Numbered from the stretch's first letter, positions 39,901 through 49,113 are shown. The stretch: DNA of 64,000 nucleotides from Bacteroidota bacterium (GCA_038527215.1 JBCBGC010000007.1:55424-119423), one strand, 5' to 3'. A program made the numbers and translations. The notes: a model not told the origin generated them from the letters alone.

Positions 39901-40214
39901 AAGGCCTGTCCCAGGGTGAGAAAGATACCTTCCTGTTCGGAGTCGCTGTAGCCGGAAAAAGTAATTTTCACGGTATAGGGTCCACCCACCCGGAGGTTGG
40001 GAATCCTAAAGAATCCAGCGTCATTAGAAAAAGCGCCATCTACCGTTCCGGTAGGGGTATGGGTCGCCATGACCGTAGCCCCCACAACAGGTTTGCCGGC
40101 ATCATCCAGGATTCGCCCGTTCATACTCGAACCGGTCGTACCCTGGCTCATTCCGACTTGCCAATGCAGCAGGAATAGCGCGCATACAGAAAAAAGGAGT
40201 CGTACATGCTTCAT
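36924..40214 (-). CDS. TonB-dependent receptor with N-terminal carboxypeptidase-regulatory-like domain
   Basis: It has a signal peptide and a CarbopepD_reg-like N-terminus (…GRILDDAGKPVVGATVMATHTPTG…). A plug region follows, then an approximately 900-aa barrel and a C-terminal …RYIF. Confidence 0.8.
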   Translation of the reverse strand: MKHVRLLFSVCALFLLHWQVGMSQGTTGSSMNGRILDDAGKPVVGATVMATHTPTGTVDGAFSNDAGFFRIPNLRVGGPYTVKITFSGYSDSEQEGIFLTLGQAFQLDVNMTREISTEEILITAGVGEVFDGNRTGAETYIGKDEINTLPTVNRDFLQDFGRLTPQANLTNGGISLSGINNRYNSIFIDGAVNNDVFGLANTGTNGGQAGITPISPDALEQIQVVLAPYDVKLGGFAGGGVNAVTRSGTNTLEASAYYFSRNEQLSGRTPGDIDNEDRTRLDPFSARTYGFRVGGPIVKDKLFFFVNVELQRDEEPKPFSFDGYQGLADEVKLTELENFLDSRYGYDPGGYLNNTSTREGEKILAKLNWNINLNHKLTLRHSYVRGVERDGPRPDNRNIYFFNSGVYFPSVTNSTALELKSTLSKRIFNDLIIGATTVRDDRDVLGDPFPQVIAQDGDAQVVFGTDNFSYSNIVFQDVFTLTDNLTINLGAHSLTVGTHNEFFRIQNLFTIFSTPRYQYNNDLDANGNLVRTGLQKFLDGDLGDVFLFGHELPTTPGDALGVRFGDAANNLGPTFSALQASGYIQDEWQIAPTFKLTVGARVDIPVFLEDPPLNNQIFNDLTIPLIEGAGYNLKGAKASRVPQTQFLIAPRLGFNWDVGGNQKTQIRGGGGVFTSRVPWVWPGGMFIRNGLNSSFVFRAGFLGNMPEFATSPDDWRNFVNLSSPSGDVDLFAADFKYPQIARGSIALDRKLPGGLIMTVEGMYSKTLNDIFIQNVNLKPSAATLTGAGADNRPIFNFSDRIDPTYGRITLVSNTNAGYTYNGTVQLKRPMKNNWGGSIAYSFTRAEAVFDGFGFINSTNWRENQSINGRNNATTTRTIFDAGSRISGFLNKRFEYGGGNFATTISIFYNGQDGQPFSYVYGNGEQLTNEDDQQHVTLIYVPKDASEIVFADPSTAATQWADLNAFIEADPYLRSRRGKYFERNHLRTPFEHIFDLKLIQDVMIKAGNGRNHTLQFTFDVFNVANLLNSSWGGRYFVGNRGNFDLIRFVGFQKDDLGNDTTVPTFSFETPSGDPWTLLNSGIQSGRWASQFGVRYIF

Positions 40215-40265
40215 ATTAAGACGATTGAAGTAAAACCTTGCGTTGTTTCGTTAATATCCAGTTGT

Positions 40266-41345
40266 TTATTTTCCAATGCCTGGCAGCGTGACGCTATAGG
40301 CATCCCAGTTCGTAATTAAGCTATCCACTACCACATTGGCTACATTATAAGCAGCTTCCAGCGAAGCCAGGTAACCTGAATAGCCTTTCCCAATCAGTTT
40401 CTCCCCACTCAAACTCTGAGCAGCGGTAATTCCCGGAAACTGCATGGTATAATTGCTTCCCGTGCGCAGCACCAATACCCGCTCCACATCTACCTTATCT
40501 GCTTTATCCAGTTGTTCCAGCGCCTGAAGCGTCCCGGTATCCTCCATGCCCGACATCACAAAGTTTCCTTTGCCGTGGCTCCAGTAGGCGGTCCATTCAT
40601 TGGCCCACTGATTAAGGAGCTTGCCGTGCCAGAACGTGCTGGCAGAAAGATGGTCGCCCTTCAGCACAAAAGGAGGCTTTTGGGCAGCCTCAAAGCCCTC
40701 ATATTTCGCGCGAAAGCGCGCAATTCGATCATTGTCTTTGAGCTCCATATCCTTGGTAAGCCCGTATGCCCAATCCACCAGACCAGCGTTTAATTCATAC
40801 ACGGCCCCTTCGCTATTTTCAGGAATAGGTTTCTCATAGGGCTTGGATAAACGGAGCGGAATAAAGCCCGTTTCCCAGGATTCAGGAATCTCCCGGGCAT
40901 CGATTTCGTGCCCCAGGTCCCCGTCCACCAGGTAAGTAGCCCATGCAGCAGACCCAATTGAAGCGTCTTCTGGATCTACCCCGGCAATCCCTGAGATAAT
41001 CCAGTAAGCATTCGATAGATCAAACCTTGGATCCATGCCCAAGGCCATGACGGAAGCAGCAGCCTTAGCGGTACCAATGCCCGTCAGCAATCCCAACATC
41101 CCTTTCTGCCGGTTGTACCCCAGGTCATGTACCCCTTGTGGAAAAGGGAAGGACTCATCGTAAGGGATTCGTTCATTCCAGTACTGGAACTCTCCAGGCA
41201 TGTCTCCTGCATCATCGCCCAGTTCGAACATATTGACCACTACCACCTTGATGGGGATTGGGCCGTTTAGGGCTTCGGTAGACCCGCAACCGCTGATCAA
41301 ACACAAAAGGACAGAGCTAGTAAGCAGGGAGAGGAATTTTTTCAT
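40266..41345 (-). CDS. Purine nucleoside permease (NUP)-family / nucleoside-phosphorylase-fold lipoprotein
   Basis: A lipoprotein signal (…LLCLISGC) is present. Glycine-rich motifs LLTGIGTAKAAASVMALG and ISGIAGVDP resemble the PNP/UDP phosphorylase fold used by the NUP family. Confidence 0.5.
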   Translation of the reverse strand: MKKFLSLLTSSVLLCLISGCGSTEALNGPIPIKVVVVNMFELGDDAGDMPGEFQYWNERIPYDESFPFPQGVHDLGYNRQKGMLGLLTGIGTAKAAASVMALGMDPRFDLSNAYWIISGIAGVDPEDASIGSAAWATYLVDGDLGHEIDAREIPESWETGFIPLRLSKPYEKPIPENSEGAVYELNAGLVDWAYGLTKDMELKDNDRIARFRAKYEGFEAAQKPPFVLKGDHLSASTFWHGKLLNQWANEWTAYWSHGKGNFVMSGMEDTGTLQALEQLDKADKVDVERVLVLRTGSNYTMQFPGITAAQSLSGEKLIGKGYSGYLASLEAAYNVANVVVDSLITNWDAYSVTLPGIGK

Positions 41346-41378
41346 AAGAAATCTCTTAGTCTGGAGGATGTTATCAGG

Positions 41379-42944
41379 TTAAGGGATGATTGGTAAATTT
41401 TCGTTGGCGGCGGTTACAAAAGCGGCCCATTCTTTTTCCCAATATGCCAGAGCACTTGCTTTGGCTTCTGAAGGCAGCGCACTATAAGTAAGGGAGTTTT
41501 TGACCAATTGTTTGAGTTTGGGGAGATCCAGTTCCCAGGCCATGAAGACCGACCAGAAGTCATAGGCTAGCCCATCATAGTTAAAAATCAGCGGATCATC
41601 AGAGCTGATAGATATGGGAACACCTTGTGCGAGACAGTAGCTACCTGGATGAATGCGGAGGTCTCGCACATAGCCGAGAATCTGATTGCTCAGGGGGCTG
41701 ATTTCCAAACAAATATCCTTTTCAATGATCTCATCTACCAGGCTGGGAAAGCGGATTAAGTTAAAGCCATGCCCGATTCTTTTTACCGGGAGCAGAGAAA
41801 GATCGTAAAGGTTGTCCAGGCTGGTCCAATCAGATTCTCCCCCATGCATGAAGAAAGGCATTTCTACCCCATATTCTTTTTCCAGAGAGTCCAGACTTAA
41901 CCACACATCCAGAAAATACTGAGTAGCTCGACCTGCATCTTCTTCGGCAACCAAATCAAACCCCCGGATGACCTCCGGATACTTTTGCTTGAGCTCAAAG
42001 GCCTGCACCAATTCTTTTCGAATGGTGGCTGCATCGAAAAAGCGTAAGCTCGTATAGATCAGGTTCGCACTAAAATGCGGGCTTTTTTCCTGCACTTCGG
42101 CTACCACTTCCTGAAACCACCGAATAGAGGAGTCTGGGTTAAAATAGCCGGGTTCATGCTCCAGGTCATAAGGCGTAAAAACATAGGTCTTCCGCAGTTC
42201 TACGTGCTGGATACCGGTGGCCACCATCGATTCAAAGGCATGGCGATAAAAAGCCTTGATCATAGGCGCATAAAAAACGAAGCCCGCCAACCGCTGAAAT
42301 CTTTCTTCAAATACCTTCCAATGGTCTACAGCCGGAGCAGTCACCCATTCATCGAAGGTAAGCCAGTGCACGATCGAATCCCGCAGGGCCGGAAGCTGTT
42401 GCTGCAGTTGCCTGGCCGGAACAAATCCTGCCGCTGCTTCTCCTTCCTTAAAAAAGCGAATTTCTCCCCTAACGTGTGTTTCATCAAAGCCTTCCCAGCT
42501 TACATAACAATCATCCGCTTCCAGGACCTGCTCTGCAATCCAATCCGCACTACCCATGGCAGGGGGATGCACGTGCAAAAGGGCTCCTTTGGGCATAGCC
42601 CGGAAAAAGGAAAACAAGGGACTCGCTTCGATTTTGGATTTGGCCCGATAGAAATGATTGGCAGGAGGAAAATCATGGGCTGCCTTGTAGGCATCATTTT
42701 CTCTTTTCCTTAGCGCCACCAACTTCTCATTGAGGGCTTGCTCAATCGGACTCAGCTTGAGATTACCCGATTGGTAGGCTGCCTGGTCGGCTTTGACCAG
42801 GGCATCGCGCGCTTCAAGGTAGGTAGAACGGGACGTTAGGACTTCATCCCCATATTTTGGGGAGTCTCCAGGAGAGGCCGTAGGGCCATCACAAGCCTGA
42901 AGAACGAAAAGGAAGATTAAGAGGCTAAAAAGAACCTCTTTCAT
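41379..42944 (-). CDS. Adenosine/AMP deaminase-family protein, secreted (ADGF/ADA2-like architecture)
   Basis: The start is set at MKEVLFSLLIFLFVLQAC, a lipoprotein signal. Metal-binding HVH (…ALLHVHPPAM…), HGGES (ADA HAGE-like) and RIGHG motifs are present, plus SSDDP near the C-terminus (ADA catalytic Asp region). Confidence 0.6.
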   Translation of the reverse strand: MKEVLFSLLIFLFVLQACDGPTASPGDSPKYGDEVLTSRSTYLEARDALVKADQAAYQSGNLKLSPIEQALNEKLVALRKRENDAYKAAHDFPPANHFYRAKSKIEASPLFSFFRAMPKGALLHVHPPAMGSADWIAEQVLEADDCYVSWEGFDETHVRGEIRFFKEGEAAAGFVPARQLQQQLPALRDSIVHWLTFDEWVTAPAVDHWKVFEERFQRLAGFVFYAPMIKAFYRHAFESMVATGIQHVELRKTYVFTPYDLEHEPGYFNPDSSIRWFQEVVAEVQEKSPHFSANLIYTSLRFFDAATIRKELVQAFELKQKYPEVIRGFDLVAEEDAGRATQYFLDVWLSLDSLEKEYGVEMPFFMHGGESDWTSLDNLYDLSLLPVKRIGHGFNLIRFPSLVDEIIEKDICLEISPLSNQILGYVRDLRIHPGSYCLAQGVPISISSDDPLIFNYDGLAYDFWSVFMAWELDLPKLKQLVKNSLTYSALPSEAKASALAYWEKEWAAFVTAANENLPIIP

Positions 42945-43057
42945 AGTAGCATGAGTTTCATGCCGGTCGTCCGACGGTAAATGATTGTGCAAATAATCAT
43001 TTTTTATCCCGCTTGTCAAAATTTCATGTATTTTTTACACTTGATCTCAGCTTTCTT

Positions 43058-43786
43058 ATGTCAAAGAACCTTCTGGTTTGGTTAATCCTCGTCTTGGTGG
43101 GCGGCTGTATGGCCTCGTCCTCCCAACCCTCATCTCCTATGTCATCTGCCTATCGGGTTATGCCCGTTTCCCTTAAAGAGGCCTCAAAAACTGATTTTGC
43201 ACGGTCTCCGGGCCGACTGTTGACTGATTTTGTGTTTCCCTGGGAGCAAAAACAGCCTCCAGCCACCCGCTTTAAGGCATGGTACACTCCTGAACACTTG
43301 TACTTTTTCTTTTCAGTGGAAGACCTGGATGTAGTCCTGGCAGCGGGAAATTCGGAAGCTGAGGCTGCCGTTCAGTCTGACCGGGTAGAATTGTTCTTTG
43401 CCTGTAACGATAGCCTCAACCCCTACTATGCCCTGGAAATGGACCCCAGAGGTTGGGTATTTTATAGTCGAGGCACCTTTTATCGGCAACTGGATACCGA
43501 TTGGCGCTGGCCTGGGCTGATCGTTGAGGGAAAGCTGGTAGCAGGAGGCTATGAAGTGCGCGGCAGTATACCTATGGCTAGCCTGGATAGCTTAAACTTA
43601 TGGCAGGATGAGGCCCAAACTCAGTGGAAAGTAGCGGTCCTCCGGGCAGAGTTTTCTCATGGAGAGACGGGAGATATCCAGCATAGTTGGATCAGTTGGC
43701 AGCGACCCGATAGCCCGCATCCGGATTTTCATATTCCTTCCGCTTTCGGAGATTGGGTGTTAAGCAAAACGCCTGACCTGGATTAA
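43058..43786 (+). CDS. Hypothetical lipoprotein (DOMON/CBM9-like beta-sandwich suspected)
   Basis: The start is set at MSKNLLVWLILVLVGGC (lipobox). No catalytic motifs found. Confidence 0.4.
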   Translation: MSKNLLVWLILVLVGGCMASSSQPSSPMSSAYRVMPVSLKEASKTDFARSPGRLLTDFVFPWEQKQPPATRFKAWYTPEHLYFFFSVEDLDVVLAAGNSEAEAAVQSDRVELFFACNDSLNPYYALEMDPRGWVFYSRGTFYRQLDTDWRWPGLIVEGKLVAGGYEVRGSIPMASLDSLNLWQDEAQTQWKVAVLRAEFSHGETGDIQHSWISWQRPDSPHPDFHIPSAFGDWVLSKTPDLD

Positions 43787-43821
43787 TCCAGATCAGGCGT
43801 TTTGATAGTAGGCCGGCTTTG

Positions 43822-44574
43822 CTAGCGGGCCCAGATTTCGTAAATATCTTTTCCTTTGGAGCTTTTGCCGCTATGGTGCCAGTCATCCCCCTCTACCTTG
43901 CCTTCAAAAGACAAGCTGGCGCCTACCCGCGTCTGGTCCCGGCTGAAAAACTCAATGTTTTCTGTATACACGCCATCCTGGAAAGTAAAGGTACCTCCAC
44001 CGGAGCCCTTAAATTCTTTGGTTTCGGTGTTCATGGCAACCCATTGAAAGCGGGAACCTGTGATCATTTTGATGGTTTTGCGCGGACCGGGTTTGCGTTC
44101 CCGCATTTCGCCATCCGAACCCTGACGAGCACGAATCTGCCAGGCTCCTGCAAGATCGGAAGCATTGCTATCCAGTCTTTTCCAGGTCTGATCAATGTTT
44201 TTTCCACCAAAGGCGCCGGAAATTCTCAAGGTATTTTCGTCGGGGAAAGAAATGTCCATGGTCATTTCCTCGCCTACATAGCGTCCATCCTGGGAATTGT
44301 AGTCAATGAGAAAGGTGGCTTTGTCTCCCTTGATTTCCACCGGTCCTCCGATGGTGCCGATAAAGCGATCAGGAGAAAAAGTGGTGGACATGGTATAGCC
44401 CGAAGCAAATAACCTGATTTCCTGTACAGGGTTGGCTGTACGGTCCTCCGGACCTTGCTTCGCCCAGGCGCCATCCAGTTGGCTTTCCAGGTTGGCTTCA
44501 GGGGCCGAGATAAATCCGCTGAGCCACAGCAGGCTCAGGCAAATGCTGAAGAAAGCGATCCCTTTTTTGATCAT
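43822..44574 (-). CDS. Hypothetical secreted protein with internal tandem duplication (lipocalin-like halves beginning LDGAWAKQ / LAGAWQIR)
   Basis: There is a signal peptide after the internal Met. Two approximately 100-aa halves show similar motif spacing. Confidence 0.4.
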   Translation of the reverse strand: MIKKGIAFFSICLSLLWLSGFISAPEANLESQLDGAWAKQGPEDRTANPVQEIRLFASGYTMSTTFSPDRFIGTIGGPVEIKGDKATFLIDYNSQDGRYVGEEMTMDISFPDENTLRISGAFGGKNIDQTWKRLDSNASDLAGAWQIRARQGSDGEMRERKPGPRKTIKMITGSRFQWVAMNTETKEFKGSGGGTFTFQDGVYTENIEFFSRDQTRVGASLSFEGKVEGDDWHHSGKSSKGKDIYEIWAR

Positions 44575-44816
44575 AGTAGTAGGATGTTGGAAAATCTTGT
44601 TTATCAAAAGAAGCAAAATATCTCCTGAGGTTCAAGCCCTAAAGGAAAATGCGAAACTTAGCCTTTGTCCAGATGTTGGCGTTTTCGGCTGAGGGGAACG
44701 ATTTTAGGGTTCTGAAGAGCGTTTTTTCCAGAATAAGGTGCTTTTTTGATGAAAAAGGTGAATGCGGGTTCCAAAAAGCGGAATGCTTGGACAAAAGGAA
44801 ATTTCTAAACAAGCGC

Positions 44817-45239
44817 TTAAGCGGGCGGATGTTCCCCAGCCAGATAGAGGACCTTTCTCAGATTGACGAGCCCAGGGCGGTTAAGGCCCAGCTTATCTAT
44901 GGTAGCCCTTCCTTCGGGAGAGATGCCCAAAATACGGGAGCAGTCATCATTCCACCTAAAATGATTGGCCCAGGGATCTTGACGTGGGTGAAAAAGCGGA
45001 ACCATGGTCCCGGTAACAGGGTCCATGGCTTCGGTAAAATTATATTTCCGGTTATTACAGCCCTGACAGGCCAGCGCAAGATTGCTATAGTCATCATTCC
45101 CCCCTTTGGAGCGGGGAAAGATATGTTCAATGGTAAAGGGGTCAGGAGAAAAGCGGCTTTGAGACAGACAATACTCGCAACAACCGCTGGCTCTTTTTTC
45201 AATAAAGGCTTTCCGAGCCTTCTTGCTGGGTTCAGCCAT
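44817..45239 (-). CDS. HNH endonuclease (small, stand-alone)
   Basis: The HNH motif reads CCEYCLSQSRFSPDPFTIEHIFPRSKGGNDDYSNLALACQGCNNRK (a CxxC…H…N…H…CxxC zinc-finger HNH). Confidence 0.7.
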   Translation of the reverse strand: MAEPSKKARKAFIEKRASGCCEYCLSQSRFSPDPFTIEHIFPRSKGGNDDYSNLALACQGCNNRKYNFTEAMDPVTGTMVPLFHPRQDPWANHFRWNDDCSRILGISPEGRATIDKLGLNRPGLVNLRKVLYLAGEHPPA

Positions 45240-45630
45240 GAGATTTGCCTTGCAGGCCTAATTCAGCCATCAGGGCTGGTAGGGGAATCTTTTTTAGCTG
45301 GGAAAGGGCTACGAGATGTTGCATCCGCTGCGCATTAGCCATTTCCAGTTCGTCTGAAAGGGCAATCAAGCGCAGCTGCTCTTCAGGAGAAAGGTCAAAT
45401 GTTTTCCTTTTTTCCTTCAGTCCCAGATATTCATGCCAAAAAGAAGCGGGTAAACCCAGGTTTATTTTTTCCAACAGGGCAGCCTCAGCCGGACCAAGAC
45501 GGGTAGGATCTTCCCCCATCCTTTCCTTCAGTAGATGATTGACATATTCATCAAGGTGCATCCCAGCCTGCTTAGCTGAGGCCTTGAGCTGTCTTTCTAA
45601 TTCCGGACTCATGTTCAGGTCCACCTGCAT
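45232..45630 (-). CDS. Hypothetical protein with N-terminal ribbon-helix-helix-like segment, overlapping and upstream of HNH gene
   Basis: MSPELERQLKASAKQAGMHLDEYVNHLL resembles the RHH (CopG/ParD) beta-strand plus helix. There is an 8-nt overlap with the HNH gene start. Confidence 0.4.
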   Translation of the reverse strand: MQVDLNMSPELERQLKASAKQAGMHLDEYVNHLLKERMGEDPTRLGPAEAALLEKINLGLPASFWHEYLGLKEKRKTFDLSPEEQLRLIALSDELEMANAQRMQHLVALSQLKKIPLPALMAELGLQGKSHG

Positions 45631-45745
45631 AGAGCTCTTTTTTTGCTTTGAATGAAATTACACAAAAATCGGGGTCTCTGAAAGCATATACGATGGATTT
45701 ACATGCAGGGTTTGAAAGGCAAAAGGGGTTTTGTATTTTTCATGA

Positions 45746-46726
45746 ATGCAAGTATCAGAATTTCAAATCGGGAGTTTCAACCTGTTCAACCTCGTCAATG
45801 CGGAAACGCAATTTCATGGCAGGAAACGCTATAGTCAGGAAGTTTTTGACAAAAAAATCCAATGGATCGGCAGTCAACTTGATCGCCTGCAAGGAGACAT
45901 CATTGGCTTTCAGGAAATCTTCCATCTGGAAGCATTTTCCGAAGCGCTGGAAGCCAGTGAATGGATGAAAGGGGCAGATTACGTAGCGGCGGGCATTACC
46001 GGAAACTTGCCCCGCGTAGGGATTGCCACCAAGTATCGCATCCTAGAAAGCCAGGTTTTTGAAGACTTTCCATCTCCTTTGGTGATGGAAGGAGTCGATA
46101 TGCCGATCAAAAAGTTCTCCCGGCCGGTCCTGAAATGTCTGATTGAAGTTCACCAGGACTTGCGGGTCAGTGTTTATGTGGTTCACCTAAAATCCAAGCG
46201 ACCTGATCTCTCCAATGGAGAAGAGCGAGCCAATCCCGTTCACCTGGCCAATGGCCAGGTCAGGTCTTTGGTTCGTCGAGCCATGGAAGCCCGGGCCTTG
46301 CGTGAGTTGCTGATGAAAGAATTACGGGACCGTAACCATCCGGTCATCGTGCTGGGAGATGTCAACGATACGGGCATGTCCGTTACCACCCGGGTGGTAT
46401 CTGGAGAGCCTCCGCACCGTCGATTCCCAAATAAGGTCAAGCGGGAAATCTGGGACACCCTGCTTTATCACGTAAAGGACATCCAAGCCCGGCAAAGCTA
46501 TCATGACTATTATTTTTCCCACATCCACAACGGCCACCACGAAGCGCTGGACCATATCATGGTTAGCCAGGAACTGGTCCGGGAAAACCCCAAGCATATT
46601 GGCAGCATAGGGTATGTACGCATGTATAATGACCACCTGGTGGACGAGACCCTGACGGATGAAAGGGTTCCCCTGTGGCAATCAGACCACGGACAAGTGG
46701 TAGCCTCTATCGAATTACGGAAATAG
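45746..46726 (+). CDS. Endonuclease/exonuclease/phosphatase (EEP) family protein
   Basis: The N-terminal IGSFNLFNL, GFQEI and the C-terminal SDHGQV (catalytic His) are typical of the EEP fold. Confidence 0.65.
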   Translation: MQVSEFQIGSFNLFNLVNAETQFHGRKRYSQEVFDKKIQWIGSQLDRLQGDIIGFQEIFHLEAFSEALEASEWMKGADYVAAGITGNLPRVGIATKYRILESQVFEDFPSPLVMEGVDMPIKKFSRPVLKCLIEVHQDLRVSVYVVHLKSKRPDLSNGEERANPVHLANGQVRSLVRRAMEARALRELLMKELRDRNHPVIVLGDVNDTGMSVTTRVVSGEPPHRRFPNKVKREIWDTLLYHVKDIQARQSYHDYYFSHIHNGHHEALDHIMVSQELVRENPKHIGSIGYVRMYNDHLVDETLTDERVPLWQSDHGQVVASIELRK

Positions 46727-46729
46727 CGG

Positions 46730-47755
46730 TTACGCCCAACGCACCAGCAGTTTTCCCATGGTTTGGCGCGTTTCCAACAGGTGATGCGCCTTGGCGAGTT
46801 CATCAATGGTGAACTCCCCTCCTATGGTGGGGTGGATGACCCCTGACTCGGCCAGCATCACGGTGCTTTTCAGAACCCTGGACAGAATATCGGGTCGGTT
46901 ATCGGCAATGCTCAGCATATTCACACCAATCAAGCCTTTGGAGGGGCCGATGAGCTTAATAGGATGGTAAAAGCCAAAAGCCAGTCCGGTGCGAATCTTG
47001 GCGAAGATATTTTTAGCGTTGGTCATAGAGGAAGCGCCAAAGGCGATCAAGCGGCCACTTGCCCCCAGCAGGCCCAGGCCTTTTTTGACCGAATCTCCTC
47101 CTACCGGATCGAAAATCACGTCCAGGCCACCCTTCTCGCCCAGTTGCTGACGAATCACTTCGGCAAAGTCTGCCTCCCGATAATTGATCGGATGGTCTAC
47201 CCCCATCTCCTTGAGATAGGCCAATTTTTTCGCACTGCCAGCCGTTCCGTACACTTCGCAACCCCTGTGCTTGGCTATCTGGCAAAGGATGGTCCCTACG
47301 CCGCCCGCTGCCGCATGCACCAGGACTTTATCTCCCGGGAACAAGCGCACCATTTCTTCGGCCATATGATAAGCGGTTCCTCCTTGGGTAGGAATGGCCA
47401 CCGCTACGCCTGCAGACATTTTCTCTCCGATCACGGCCACCGCCCTGGCATCGGTACAGGCATATTCTGCATATCCTCCAAAGCGAGTCAGGGCCAACAC
47501 CCGTTGCCCCACAGAAAGCCCACTTACCTCTTCTCCCACGGCATCTATGGTGCCGACTACGTCATAGCCAATCAGACTAGGCAAAGGAGGAGCCGCCGGA
47601 TAGAGGCCCAGGCGTGCCATCACGTCGGCAAAGTTCAGCCCAAAGGCTTCCACTTTGATGCGGACAAAACCCGCTTGCGGTTCTGGTTTGGGAATCTCCC
47701 TGATTTCGAAGGCCTGATCAGCAGGCCCTTTCTTGATGATAAATGCAGCTTTCAT
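46730..47755 (-). CDS. NADPH:quinone oxidoreductase / zinc-type medium-chain dehydrogenase family
   Basis: The nucleotide-binding loop AAAGGVGT, the overall MDR pattern and the lack of catalytic zinc ligands suggest a quinone-oxidoreductase subgroup. Confidence 0.75.
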   Translation of the reverse strand: MKAAFIIKKGPADQAFEIREIPKPEPQAGFVRIKVEAFGLNFADVMARLGLYPAAPPLPSLIGYDVVGTIDAVGEEVSGLSVGQRVLALTRFGGYAEYACTDARAVAVIGEKMSAGVAVAIPTQGGTAYHMAEEMVRLFPGDKVLVHAAAGGVGTILCQIAKHRGCEVYGTAGSAKKLAYLKEMGVDHPINYREADFAEVIRQQLGEKGGLDVIFDPVGGDSVKKGLGLLGASGRLIAFGASSMTNAKNIFAKIRTGLAFGFYHPIKLIGPSKGLIGVNMLSIADNRPDILSRVLKSTVMLAESGVIHPTIGGEFTIDELAKAHHLLETRQTMGKLLVRWA

Positions 47756-47861
47756 ATATTCAAGTAACAGAATTCTACGGTTAATCGAAATGCGCCTGCC
47801 TTCCGGAGGACATGGATTTGCAAGGGCACGGGCATTTAAGTATGTTTCTCAAAAGATCGAG

Positions 47862-48581
47862 ATGAGAAATTTACTCCTGGTAGGGATCCTGATGGTTATT
47901 AGCCAAGCTGGATTCGGCCAAACGCCCTCGGCCAGTGAACTGCTGGACCGTAGCATTCAATACCATGATCCCTCTGGTAATTGGGGCAAGGTTCCCGTGT
48001 CCTTTCAGTTTACCACCGCCTTCCCGGGCCGGGATGATCGATATTTGAAGGTTTCTATTGATGTCTATCAGGAGAAGTTTGAGGTTGCTCCAGCGGGAGA
48101 AAAACCACAGGGTCCGGTTCGCCGCATGGTGAAGGATAGTTGCTCAGTAGATTGGGATGGTAAGACCTCCTTTTCAGCCGAAGAAACCAAAAAATACCGC
48201 CTAAGTTGTCAGGCGATTCAGCGAACCCGGGATTACTATACCTATCTCTATGGCTTGCCGATGAAGCTCAAAGATCCTGGTACCAACCTACGAGAAGCCG
48301 TAAGACAGGAATTTGTGGGAGAGGTAAAATGCTGGGTATTGACGGTGGACTATGACCCGGAAGTAGGTACCGATACCTGGGAATTCTTTTTTCATCCTGA
48401 GACCTATCAAATGATGGCCTATCGTTTCTACCGGGGTGAGGAGCCTAAGGGAGAACACATCCTCATGAAAGGAGAGGTAGAGGTTGGCGGGATGAAACTA
48501 CCCAAAGATCGGGTGTGGTTGTATTGGCCTTCCTATAAATATCTGGCCACAGATTTTATGACCGAAGCGGGAACCGAATAG
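47862..48581 (+). CDS. Hypothetical secreted protein
   Basis: The start is set at MRNLLLVGILMVISQAGFGQ (signal peptide). The upstream track extension overlaps the convergent gene's promoter region. Confidence 0.45.
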   Translation: MRNLLLVGILMVISQAGFGQTPSASELLDRSIQYHDPSGNWGKVPVSFQFTTAFPGRDDRYLKVSIDVYQEKFEVAPAGEKPQGPVRRMVKDSCSVDWDGKTSFSAEETKKYRLSCQAIQRTRDYYTYLYGLPMKLKDPGTNLREAVRQEFVGEVKCWVLTVDYDPEVGTDTWEFFFHPETYQMMAYRFYRGEEPKGEHILMKGEVEVGGMKLPKDRVWLYWPSYKYLATDFMTEAGTE

Positions 48582-48708
48582 GGTAAAAAACAACAACTCG
48601 CCGCGTTATCTACGACGAGTTGTCTCATTTACTGCCCTGTTTGAACAATTTAAAATTGCGTTTAGCGTGGAGAAAAAACCACTCTAATCAGGACGAAATC
48701 TTTCAGGC

Positions 48709-49113
48709 CTATTCTCCTTCTCCGACAGGTTCCTGGGAAGTGCCTAAATATCCTTGATTGAGCCCCGCCTGCCACTCCAGGAAGATGGGCTTTTCATTTC
48801 TCAGGATGTCAACCACTGCGTATATCTGCCCGGCAGGCATACTCATGCGGATTTGAGGTTCAGCTATATCAACCGGCATTTCGAAGCCGGAATCGTAGAA
48901 ATCGACTCCTCCAACCATTTTATTCTGGTCATCAAATAAGTGTACCCTGGCCCGGATACCTTCATCCGAGCCTTTGGGCCCTCCGTAAAAACGGATCGCG
49001 TAATTTTTAATTTCTGGCATAATATAAATATCGTTTTCTCCCCGCAGGCGAGCAAGCGGGTCAGGGAAGATTTTTATATCTTCGACCGGAATAATTACAT
49101 GACTTGGGTTCAT
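48709..49113 (-). CDS. Hypothetical protein
   Basis: An ORF of 134 aa with no recognisable motifs. Its start lies 20 nt from the divergent peptidase gene start. Confidence 0.35.
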   Translation of the reverse strand: MNPSHVIIPVEDIKIFPDPLARLRGENDIYIMPEIKNYAIRFYGGPKGSDEGIRARVHLFDDQNKMVGGVDFYDSGFEMPVDIAEPQIRMSMPAGQIYAVVDILRNEKPIFLEWQAGLNQGYLGTSQEPVGEGE

